Source: Candidatus Omnitrophota bacterium
Lineage (GTDB): Bacteria > Omnitrophota > Gorgyraeia > 1-14-0-20-64-10
Length of the DNA: 64,000 nucleotides
Direction: 5' to 3'
Assembly (NCBI GenBank): GCA_023248155.1
Contig: JAHFFE010000001.1
Span: 314,603-378,602, forward strand
The notes below the pieces were generated by a model. It saw only the letters and a list, made by a program, of their open reading frames with translations. It was not told the DNA's origin and ran no database searches. The translations under genes were made by a program, and so were the position numbers. Each line of letters begins with the position of its first letter. Position 1 is the stretch's first letter. This document shows, piece after piece, positions 45,001-52,320 of this stretch.

Positions 45001-45177
45001 CTCGATCCGCAGATTCCGGTTTTAATCATGGGAGAAATGGCCGCGCAAAACTGGAATAAAGATTCGCTCGCTTACCTGGTGACGCTGGCTGCTCATTCCC
45101 GCGGAATTTTGTTTATCCGCCAGATTACTTATCCGACGGTAAACGAACGGGAGTTTGTCGCTATCCGGTTCGTCTAA
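42061..45177 (+). CDS. Giant secreted protein, AG-x-EE motif family member 5 (1038 aa)
   Basis: Signal peptide plus an ALRGAGAEE box. Four motifs. A FWELQQ module shared with member 4. The conserved C-terminal module begins VVILNSNLL. Confidence 0.8.
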   Translation: MKKTDWFKISGFLGLALLLAVPAPVYALRGAGAEESLEKTDLTRALSRAGNRGYLKRAAGLEETPWTIIGRGEGTPVAMALDDSGDALVLSRIAAGELRLQRISPAGKAEPITPVPSLAVPMPPGSGGDPANPSAASVFAILPFRDQVLVTDGGQQFYPIEISSLGQTVPDLQSAAKPVPLANVSRIDQMIVRPSDGMLIIVDKQGDDAASKSNSIVRLFDVKQMPPVVREAVGVGEPVVTAPAVARNRLYLAQSFPLSPAAAVPAGTGTQTQREIRIRGFNISNGGDGSVETLRIQGPKTFVRSDVAGLAAGLVDGKPFLFSLESRQRKGPGVEAAQPLRLAVYSLENQAQVGFFDLPANVRQITYDSKNSQVLLAAGGAPESNSYQITAAPVAQLIPAVQQRPVSGSGLEEAPQPPPAQRTQGIHSRLARIFIEGVLARYTPSGNENSDFTVKYFGETEDESLLFNPELFLGVVRKSQVSHHVWVNVNPATKIIEVHPVQIREELKKPVILLDSQNTVNFILNAALPEPVLGVAYREAGHLQVLSGALLGNASLLPRILQMVNISQTILFLKEPFEIPANSDAEQSAQKGFLLRLAYVPSQRSLRAVAWRTIDQFVQEFSGFAKAGQASVLYYHTPAGVYLLEGPENLQNADFLRAAAEQVASGSYVLASKEGADGKEFHLYAPEFAGLEETAVAENALPSISSRPVISSPSGFSTTVAGPVFPAYSAVISAAGNGPSASANSVSSLAVSVSSPLNAPAVIEPVTGERAPEPVVFSTVEEVIAYLNALPDDQPVIVGGVEIPSLRDTLFPVKLDELARNNPGQNFLIRPAGPGAVLRVDLQAPVRTLSATELFGDTTAVSVRFDLAEASDAMIAAQIAQANKLGQPVQISRSGEFAAVFEKTPTLSPSVLYIQDDLDLPQDMSESDGTVDVRRIPADPELAQEFWELQQTLLPGSVVILNSNLLANQRLDPRQWLPANLDPQIPVLIMGEMAAQNWNKDSLAYLVTLAAHSRGILFIRQITYPTVNEREFVAIRFV

Positions 45178-45274
45178 TCATCCTCGCAGTGGTTAATCAA
45201 AATATAGTCTTTGATATTCTGTATTGATTTTTAATAAGCTCATTGGGTATAGTTCGTATATAGACACAAAAACA

Positions 45275-47677
45275 ATGAAAATCCAGGTTCGTAAGATAAT
45301 TCTTTCAGTGATGGCGATGGCGCTTTTAGTCTCTCAGGCGTCACCGGCCATGGCGTTGCGTGCCGCGCAGCCTGCCAATGCAAATGAGAAAGCCGCGCTG
45401 GGTACTGCGTTAACCGAAGGGGCCGGCGCCGAAGAAAAAATGAACGCTGTGGTTTGGATCGGCCCGGACGGTATTAGCACCGGTTTGTTCAGCCGTAGAG
45501 ACGGCATTTTTGGCGATGATAGAAATCAGCCGGCATCGATGGGTTTGGAAGAGATCCCGGTACTGATTCCGGGGGTCGGTTTAACCCCCGCACAGCGGTT
45601 TTGGCAGGCCGCTCGGTCGCAGGTGATAAACGCGGTTGATTATTTTGGGTTGAGACCAAGTCAGGTCGATCGGGTGATTATCGCGCGGCCCGAAGCGCTG
45701 CCCGCCGGGTTTGAGGAAATGGGAGATCTGCAGTTGGGAATGGAGTTGGAATTGAGATTTTATTTCGGACGCCCGATTTCGGTTCAGATTATGGGCCAGC
45801 CGCCCACAGTTTCAGCGTCGGCCCCTGTCATACAGCGGTTCGCCGCGGTTGTGGCGTTGGCCGGCCAGGAAGAAAAACCCGCCTACCGGATTCCAAAAGA
45901 CAGACAGGGCAGCGGCCCGGTGGCCATTGTGGCGAAAGTGGGCGGCACAAAATTTCATGCGACGTTGGCCGATGCCAAAGGGTTATGGGAAGAAACCGAT
46001 GTTGTTGCCGCGGCTGTTCCTTTTGACGGAGCTAATCAAGACCAGATTTTTAATCATTGGGCAGACCAAATTGTTCAGACAGCCCGCCGCGCGAATGTTT
46101 CTGCAGACCGAGTTATTCAAATCCATATATCGTGGCCCGGTTATTTTGATGAAGAAGGAAATTTGACCCAGCCTCAGGAAAATATTCGCGGTATTCCGGC
46201 CGGTGTAAATATGGCGAAGCAACTTCAGGCACGCGTCAACCAACTTTTGTCGAGGCATCCCAGTCTCGGTGAAATTCAGGTGATCGGCGTGCACGACGGC
46301 ACCGGCCATGCCCTGGGTGAGCTCAGTCCGTTCGGGGCTTTCCCCGGTGAGAAATCATTGCATTTGGTTGGTCCGGGCACCGGTATTGCCAATCGCACTA
46401 TGGTTCGCAGGAACCCGTTCTTGGGTGGTCCTGAAGTTGATCTTGTAGCGAATGAAGCTCCGAATATGTTGGCCTGGGATATTGACAGGAAAGATTATCA
46501 ATTGGTGATTTTTGATACACGCGGGTATCCTCTGTCGCGGGCAACTTTAGCAAATGGCGATCCGAATCCCTATTATGGGCGGCAGAGTATGGAAGACCGG
46601 ACGGCCGGTCCCGGCATCGCTCGATATGTGGTGGAGTTGTTGCGCGCCAATTTGACTGCGCCTGCCGCAATCGATTTTTTGGATGCTCTGTCAATTGAAT
46701 TGGCGGATAAAATTCGAACGAATACGGAATTAAAGAGAAACGATCTCGATCAGGTCATGCACACTACTGGAATTTTAGCGACAAGAGTGAACCCGAATCT
46801 CATAGCACTGACGGCTGTGGCCGAGCGAGCCTATGAGCTGGGTGTTGGAACGGCGGTAACGATCGTGGAATATCATCGCCACTATGGAGAAGATCAGTAC
46901 CCTTATCCGAAGCATATTGTGCTTGCCGGCGGCGTCAGTACAATTGGTGAATTGTACGCGACCAATTTTAAGGCCGGTTTGCGGGCAAGAATTGAGCGGT
47001 ACCGGACGGAAGCGAATGCTCCTGCTGATATGCCGGATCCGCAAGAATTTGTTAACCGTGTTGGAACCTCCACGATTCTGGATGGCGACCGGGAACTGCT
47101 GGCCGGGTTGCTGACGGCAGACCAGATTGCCGCACATCAGAAGTTGCTGGAGAGCGTTACTCCTGTTGCTTCCTTAAATTGGTTGAGTCAGTTGACCGAG
47201 CACTGGAATGCCGGCACTCCGTCCCAGGCACAGTCCGATCGGCGCGGATTGATTTTGGATGCTTCAAAAAATCCGAAGGTGGCGCGCATTGCGCAAGCGA
47301 TGGCAATTTTAATGCGGCAGGAAAACAATCCATTTGGAGTGGAATTTCGATTAGTGATTTTCGAGGATCAGCGTCAGCCTCTGTTGGATGAGTTGCGACA
47401 GATTAATTCCGAAGCCGCGTCCATTTTGGAAAGCCGGATTATTTCTTATGCCGAAACCAATGATTATGATGAAGCTCGTCTTTTGGCACGGCAGCAATTA
47501 GCCACCCTTTTTGGGTACTCTAATCCCGACGAGATGCCGAATACTGTTTATGGTGTCATCACCGATGTAACGCCACGGATGGCGCAGGAATTAAACGCTT
47601 TCTTCGTGGCCGGCGGTTTGCAATTCCTCACTTCCGACGCAATCACTCGCCTCGAAGCTCTCTTCACCTCCGCATAA
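45275..47677 (+). CDS. Secreted protein, AG-x-EE motif family member 6 (about 800 aa) with a ROK/ASKHA sugar-kinase-like central domain
   Basis: The start is inferred at MKIQVRKIILSVMAMALLVSQASPAMALRAA; the ORF-track start at 45224 adds 17 non-signal residues. Four motifs. IVAKVGGTKFHATLADAKG and VIGVHDGTGHALGE resemble ROK phosphate/adenosine motifs. Confidence 0.7.
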   Translation: MKIQVRKIILSVMAMALLVSQASPAMALRAAQPANANEKAALGTALTEGAGAEEKMNAVVWIGPDGISTGLFSRRDGIFGDDRNQPASMGLEEIPVLIPGVGLTPAQRFWQAARSQVINAVDYFGLRPSQVDRVIIARPEALPAGFEEMGDLQLGMELELRFYFGRPISVQIMGQPPTVSASAPVIQRFAAVVALAGQEEKPAYRIPKDRQGSGPVAIVAKVGGTKFHATLADAKGLWEETDVVAAAVPFDGANQDQIFNHWADQIVQTARRANVSADRVIQIHISWPGYFDEEGNLTQPQENIRGIPAGVNMAKQLQARVNQLLSRHPSLGEIQVIGVHDGTGHALGELSPFGAFPGEKSLHLVGPGTGIANRTMVRRNPFLGGPEVDLVANEAPNMLAWDIDRKDYQLVIFDTRGYPLSRATLANGDPNPYYGRQSMEDRTAGPGIARYVVELLRANLTAPAAIDFLDALSIELADKIRTNTELKRNDLDQVMHTTGILATRVNPNLIALTAVAERAYELGVGTAVTIVEYHRHYGEDQYPYPKHIVLAGGVSTIGELYATNFKAGLRARIERYRTEANAPADMPDPQEFVNRVGTSTILDGDRELLAGLLTADQIAAHQKLLESVTPVASLNWLSQLTEHWNAGTPSQAQSDRRGLILDASKNPKVARIAQAMAILMRQENNPFGVEFRLVIFEDQRQPLLDELRQINSEAASILESRIISYAETNDYDEARLLARQQLATLFGYSNPDEMPNTVYGVITDVTPRMAQELNAFFVAGGLQFLTSDAITRLEALFTSA

Positions 47678-47686
47678 TTTTTTAAA

Positions 47687-48090
47687 GAGCCGGCCCGGGC
47701 ATTCAACTTGGTTCGAGAGCCGCAACCTCTGCGTTCCCGCTTCCGTCAGGCAAGGCGTTCGCAGGCCGTTTGTCAGCCCCTGCGAGTCTGACTGCACTAC
47801 GGTCAACCCTTCGCTCTCTCCGCCATTGGCGGAGAACCATGCCCGCTCAGGGTTTCCAGTGCCTGCTCAGCCTTATCCTGCACGGAATCGCTCACGCAAG
47901 CATTGGTAAGAGGCGGTTCGGGAGATGGGTCAAGTGAACCCTGTTGAGGCCGTTTCAGCAGGGTTTTAGGTAAGGCCGAAACCGGAGCGAGAAATCGGTA
48001 GTCGATTTCGAGCGCGTTCACGGACCCGCTCCCGGACTGACTCGAAAATAATGTCTTGCTTGGTTGAGTGCCCGGGCCGGCTCTTCCATG
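47687..48090. repeat. ~400-bp GC-rich non-coding element bounded by 23-bp terminal inverted repeats (MITE-like or a large structured RNA)
   Basis: AAGAGCCGGCCCGGGCA(T)TCAAC at 47687-47709 is the reverse complement of 48068-48090 with one mismatch. No convincing ORF inside; only antisense low-complexity ORFs. Confidence 0.5.
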
Positions 48091-48106
48091 ATAAACTAGG
48101 GGAACG

Positions 48107-49273
48107 ATGAGTGAGAAAATCAATATTGGTCTAAGTATCGGCGGAACAAAAATCGCCGCCGGCGTTTTAAATGCGTCCGGTTTGGTCGGGACGCCCGACG
48201 ATCAGCCGGAACCGGTGACCTGGCAGCAGCTCGAACAAGCGCACCCGAACCTTCCTCCGTTTGACCGCGCGTTAACCGGCATCGTCGAGGAAATCGACAC
48301 GGCGCTGAAAAAATTCAAAATTAAATCCGATGCGTTATCCGGCGTTGGGATCTCCTGGGCCGGGCCGGGTGATTACGCGGCCGGCAAAATCAAGAACGAT
48401 AAAATTCCCGGGTTCCAGACGATGGTTGATTTAAAAACGCCGCTGCAAAATCTAATTTCCAAAAAATTTGGCAGAGCAGTTCCCATCGAGATTATGCATG
48501 ACGGGGCGGCCGGCGCCGTCGGAGAACACCGTTTGCCCAACGGCGCTTTGCACGGCCAGCCGCACGGAATCGCCGTGATTGTCGGCACTGGTGTCGGCGC
48601 CGGATTTATCGAGAATGGGCACCCCGTCTATGGCGTATGCGGCAAAGCCGAGGCATTCATCGGCGAGATCGGGTTCCATCTGATTCGTTCGTCCGACGGC
48701 AGTTATCGTTATCGCGGCAACGGCGCCAATTGGGATCATCCGGTTCCGTATGATCCGGACCCGGCCAAAGGCGAGGTCCGCCTTGAACAGCGCGTGGCCG
48801 GTCCCTGGGTGGCGGCACGGTTCGTTGAGTTTTTGCGGGCCGCGGGGGAACCGGACCAAAAACGTTTCGGCGTAGAAATTCCATTGGGACCCGATGCGCT
48901 GCCCTCGGTACAGCGGCCGATTGTGACCGATGCCGCGTTGCAGGCGGAACTGCTGGCCTCGATCACGCAGTGGGCGATCGATATGAAACATGCCGGGCAT
49001 GTCGCCGCGCGCACATTTATTCAAGAAGTCGGGCTGGAGCTGGGCCGTGCTCTGGCGGTATTCCGGGCCGAGTATGCCGACCGTCCGTTTGTTAAGGAAG
49101 GGCGGATTGTTTTAATCAGCACGATGGGCGAAAAATTCGGGGAAGGGGTTTTGGATTCGCATGGCCAGGACCTTTTTCTGAAGGCGGTTCGCCGCGGGGC
49201 GGGGTTTGAAAATATCGTCCGTTCCCGGATCGGCGTTGAGCGCGAATTCGCGTTCGCAATGCCTCCCGTTTGA
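48107..49273 (+). CDS. ROK-family sugar kinase (glucokinase/N-acetylglucosamine-kinase-like) with a C-terminal extension
   Basis: IGLSIGGTKIAAGV phosphate-1 motif and MHDGAAGAVGE ROK signature. Confidence 0.75.
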   Translation: MSEKINIGLSIGGTKIAAGVLNASGLVGTPDDQPEPVTWQQLEQAHPNLPPFDRALTGIVEEIDTALKKFKIKSDALSGVGISWAGPGDYAAGKIKNDKIPGFQTMVDLKTPLQNLISKKFGRAVPIEIMHDGAAGAVGEHRLPNGALHGQPHGIAVIVGTGVGAGFIENGHPVYGVCGKAEAFIGEIGFHLIRSSDGSYRYRGNGANWDHPVPYDPDPAKGEVRLEQRVAGPWVAARFVEFLRAAGEPDQKRFGVEIPLGPDALPSVQRPIVTDAALQAELLASITQWAIDMKHAGHVAARTFIQEVGLELGRALAVFRAEYADRPFVKEGRIVLISTMGEKFGEGVLDSHGQDLFLKAVRRGAGFENIVRSRIGVEREFAFAMPPV

Positions 49274-49286
49274 CTTCCGGTTCCGG

Positions 49287-49316
49287 TTGACACCTCTTTT
49301 TTTGCGGTGCTACAAT
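49287..49316 (+). promoter_or_regulatory. Sigma-70 promoter upstream of the peptidoglycan-binding protein gene
   Basis: TTGACA-18 nt-TACAAT. Confidence 0.5.
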
Positions 49317-49385
49317 AAAAGGATAATCCCTCTAGCAGGGCAACTCAATCACTCAAACTCAAACTTTTTTTAGGAGAATACGTTC

Positions 49386-49904
49386 ATGGCGCAAGGAAAA
49401 GCAGGCTGGTTGATCGCGGGGCTGTGCGCGGCGATTGTTTTCACATCGGTCGGGTACGGCATGGGCCGCAAGGCGGCTTTGAAATCGATTCAGGATTCTG
49501 TCGGGCCGACACCGGCCGGTTCTCCGCTGCCGACGATTCAAATTGAACCGGTCCAGCCGCAGGAAGAGCTGGCCGCTATTTCGTCGCCGTCTTCTTCGGT
49601 GCCTGTTTCCACCACGGCGCAAACGTTTTCCGCCGCGATTACCCCGGCAGGACAAGAACCAGCCGCGGCTGCCGGAGCCGGTTCCTCCAAAGATGTTCAG
49701 CTGGCGTTGAAGGCGGCCGGATTTGATCCGGGTTCCACGGACGGGAAAATGGGGCCGCGCACCAAGGCGGCCATTCGTGATTTTCAATTGGCCAACGGCC
49801 TGCAGGCCGACGGCAAGGTAGGTCCGCGGACATGGGCGAAACTGCAAACCTATTTGAAGAGCGGGACCGTTGCATCGGCCCCCGCGCAAAAACTAGGCGA
49901 CTAA
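49386..49904 (+). CDS. Membrane-anchored peptidoglycan-binding-domain protein
   Basis: N-terminal TM. Pro/Ser-rich linker. C-terminal PG_binding_1-like repeat (DGKMGPRTKAAIRDFQLANGLQADGKVGPRTWAKL). Confidence 0.7.
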   Translation: MAQGKAGWLIAGLCAAIVFTSVGYGMGRKAALKSIQDSVGPTPAGSPLPTIQIEPVQPQEELAAISSPSSSVPVSTTAQTFSAAITPAGQEPAAAAGAGSSKDVQLALKAAGFDPGSTDGKMGPRTKAAIRDFQLANGLQADGKVGPRTWAKLQTYLKSGTVASAPAQKLGD

Positions 49905-49935
49905 TTCTACTTATTGTTTGAGAGAGGAGATATTC

Positions 49936-50646
49936 ATGATGCGTGGGATGAAGAGTTTGGTGGTGGCGGTCGCGGCAGCGCTGGCGTTGACCGGCTGCGG
50001 ATTGAATTTTTATGCGGGGCGTCCGACGGATGTTCGCCGGATTCACGAATTGTCCGAGGAGCTCGAACGGCTGCGCCGCCAGAAACAGCAGGAATCCGAC
50101 CAGTTGTCGCAGGCCAAGTCGATGCTGGAACGGCAGCTGCAGGATGAAATCGCCGATAAGCAGGTCAAGCTGGATATGGCTGACCGCGGGTTGGTGATCA
50201 CGTTTGTCGCTGAAGTGCTGTTTGATTCCGGAAAGGCCGAATTGAAATCGACGGCTATTGAAGCGTTGGATAAGGTAGGCTCGGTCATTAAGCAGAAGGT
50301 CGCCGATCGCGACATCGGCATCGAGGGGCATACCGACAACCAGCCGATCCGCGTATCGGGATGGAAGTCCAACTGGGAACTTTCCACGGCGCGCGCGATC
50401 AGCGTGCTGCATTCGCTGGAAAATGCCGGCGTTAAGCCCAACCGGATGGTGGCTTCCGGCTATGGCGAATACCGTCCCGTGGTTTCCAATGATGATGCGT
50501 CCGGCCGTTCGAAGAACCGGCGCGTGGAAATCGTGATTCTGCCCAAGAAGCTGACCAAGCGCCAGCAGGAAATCGTGCGCGAGGCCGCTGCTTCCGGCGA
50601 ACCGGACATGGTTGCGCAGGCAAAGGAATTCGAGTCGTACAAGTAA
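49936..50646 (+). CDS. OmpA/MotB-family lipoprotein (Pal-like) with an N-terminal coiled-coil
   Basis: Lipobox LALTGC. OmpA_C motifs GHTDNQPI...NWELSTARA...NRRVEI. GAGGAG RBS 6 nt upstream of the ATG at 49936. Confidence 0.8.
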   Translation: MMRGMKSLVVAVAAALALTGCGLNFYAGRPTDVRRIHELSEELERLRRQKQQESDQLSQAKSMLERQLQDEIADKQVKLDMADRGLVITFVAEVLFDSGKAELKSTAIEALDKVGSVIKQKVADRDIGIEGHTDNQPIRVSGWKSNWELSTARAISVLHSLENAGVKPNRMVASGYGEYRPVVSNDDASGRSKNRRVEIVILPKKLTKRQQEIVREAAASGEPDMVAQAKEFESYK

Positions 50647-50688
50647 TTATTTCGGTGCCAGGTTTAAACCCGGCACCCTTCCTTAGCG

Positions 50689-50730
50689 GGGTCAGACCTC
50701 TTGAATGAGCGGGGTCTGACCCTTGCTCTT
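50689..50730 (+). terminator. Candidate intrinsic terminator after the OmpA-like gene
   Basis: 10-bp GC-rich stem GGGTCAGACC / GGTCTGACCC with a 13-nt loop, followed by TTGCTCTTTAT. It is preceded by a second hairpin GGTGCCAGG...CCCGGCACC. Confidence 0.45.
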
Positions 50731-50750
50731 TATGGGGAAATCTAAAGAGA

Positions 50751-51476
50751 ATGAGCGCGCCGGCCATTGATCTTGCACGGATTCCTCGGCATGTCGCCGT
50801 TATCATGGACGGCAATGGCCGCTGGGCGAAAGCGCGCGGTCTGCCCCGGATTTTAGGGCACCAGGCCGGCGTCAAAACTGTTAGGACCGTCTGCGAGACG
50901 GCGCGTGAGCTGGGCGTCGGCGTACTGACGCTGTACGCGTTCTCCGTTGAGAACTGGAAACGCCCCGAAGAAGAAACCTCGGCGCTGATGGGGCTGCTGA
51001 ATGAATATTTGCGCCGCGAATTATTAACGATGATGAAGAATGAAATTCGTCTTGGCGTGGTGGGGGATCTGGCCGGTCTCCCGGAAGATGTCCAGAAACA
51101 GTTGAACTCGGTTATTGAAGAAACCCGCGGCAACAATAAAATGCTGCTGAACCTGGCGCTCAACTACGGCGGCCGCGCCGAGATCGTGCAGGCGGTACAG
51201 AAAATCGCGCGCGAGGTCAAAGCCGGCCGGCTGAACCCGGAGCAGATCGATGAAGAGACGATCAACCATTCGTTGTATACCGCCGGCCAGCCCGATCCGG
51301 ATTTATTGATCCGTACCAGCGGCGAGATGCGCGTTTCCAATTTTTTACTGTGGCAGATTTCGTACGCGGAAATTTATATCACCCAAAAACTGTGGCCGGA
51401 TTTTACGCGGGATGACCTTATCAAGGCGATCGCCGAATATCAAAAGCGCGACCGCCGGTTTGGAGCCTCGGAATGA
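50751..51476 (+). CDS. uppS: Undecaprenyl-diphosphate synthase
   Basis: HVAVIMDGNGRWA and LTLYAFSVENWKRP motifs. Confidence 0.95.
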   Translation: MSAPAIDLARIPRHVAVIMDGNGRWAKARGLPRILGHQAGVKTVRTVCETARELGVGVLTLYAFSVENWKRPEEETSALMGLLNEYLRRELLTMMKNEIRLGVVGDLAGLPEDVQKQLNSVIEETRGNNKMLLNLALNYGGRAEIVQAVQKIAREVKAGRLNPEQIDEETINHSLYTAGQPDPDLLIRTSGEMRVSNFLLWQISYAEIYITQKLWPDFTRDDLIKAIAEYQKRDRRFGASE

Positions 51477-52312
51477 AAAACGGATCGCAATTAACCAAGC
51501 GGCTGTTGACCGGAACGGCGCTGATTTTGTTTATCGCGTTGGTGCTGTTTCGCGCACCGCTGTGGGTGTTCGTGCTGGTGCCGACGTTATTGATCGGGCT
51601 TGGGTTAAACGAATTTTTTACGCTGGTCGATCGAAAAGGGATCCACATCGAGCGCTGGATCGGTCTGGGCGTTGGATTAATGATCCCGCTTTCCATTTAT
51701 AACGGTTTCGAGCCCACGAAAGGGTGGGACCTCTTTTTTATGGTAATGGCGCTGTTGACGCTGTTTATTATCCAGCTGCGCCGCAGGGACAGTTCACACG
51801 CGATTATCGGTATTTCCACGGCGTTCTTCGGCATCTTTTACATTTCCTGGTGTTTTAGTTATTTGATCAAGCTCCGTTTTCTGGAAGGGGGTCCGATTCC
51901 CGACGGACGCTGGCTGATTGTTCTGCTGCTGGTGGTGACCAAGGGCGGTGATATCGGCGCTTATTTTGTCGGGTCGTGGATCGGGAAACACCCATTGATC
52001 CAGCGCGTCAGTCCGGCCAAAACATGGGAAGGTTTCTTTGGCGGTCTGTTGTTTAGCGTTGCGGCCGCGCTGGCGCTCCACCCGGTTTTTCCGCAGGTTG
52101 CCTGGATCCATTTCTGGGTGCTGGGCTTAATGTTGGGCGTTCTGGGCCAGCTGGGTGATTTGTCGGAATCAATGATCAAGCGCGACTGCCATGTGAAAGA
52201 TTCCGGCGATTTGCTGCCGGGCATGGGCGGCGTTCTTGATGTGATCGACAGCCTTTTGTTTACCGCGCCCATCTGTTATTTTTATGTGCGCAAGTTTCTG
52301 ATCGGAGTGTAA
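51473..52312 (+). CDS. cdsA: Phosphatidate cytidylyltransferase
   Basis: Multi-TM protein with the C-terminal CTP-transferase signature SMIKRDCHVKDSGDLLPGMGGVLDVIDS. Confidence 0.85.
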   Translation: MKNGSQLTKRLLTGTALILFIALVLFRAPLWVFVLVPTLLIGLGLNEFFTLVDRKGIHIERWIGLGVGLMIPLSIYNGFEPTKGWDLFFMVMALLTLFIIQLRRRDSSHAIIGISTAFFGIFYISWCFSYLIKLRFLEGGPIPDGRWLIVLLLVVTKGGDIGAYFVGSWIGKHPLIQRVSPAKTWEGFFGGLLFSVAAALALHPVFPQVAWIHFWVLGLMLGVLGQLGDLSESMIKRDCHVKDSGDLLPGMGGVLDVIDSLLFTAPICYFYVRKFLIGV

Positions 52313-52320
52313 GAATCGCA

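Noticed and set aside
47687-48090. Considered whether the TIR-bounded 400-nt element is RNase P RNA or tmRNA
   Set aside because: On the minus strand only AGTCCGGG is shared with the RNase P P4 region. The GGTAAGAGCGCACC and ACAGAA.CCGGCTTA blocks are absent. There is no tRNA-like 3' end or tag-peptide reading frame for tmRNA. It is kept as an unclassified element.
47803-48123. 106-aa minus-strand ORF inside the TIR element
   Set aside because: Low-complexity Ser/Gly/Pro-rich. It overlaps the start of the ROK gene on the opposite strand. No RBS.
49639-51163. Minus-strand ORFs of 257 and 243 aa antisense to the PG-binding, OmpA-like and uppS genes
   Set aside because: Shadow ORFs. The + strand genes have lipobox, OmpA and UppS motifs.
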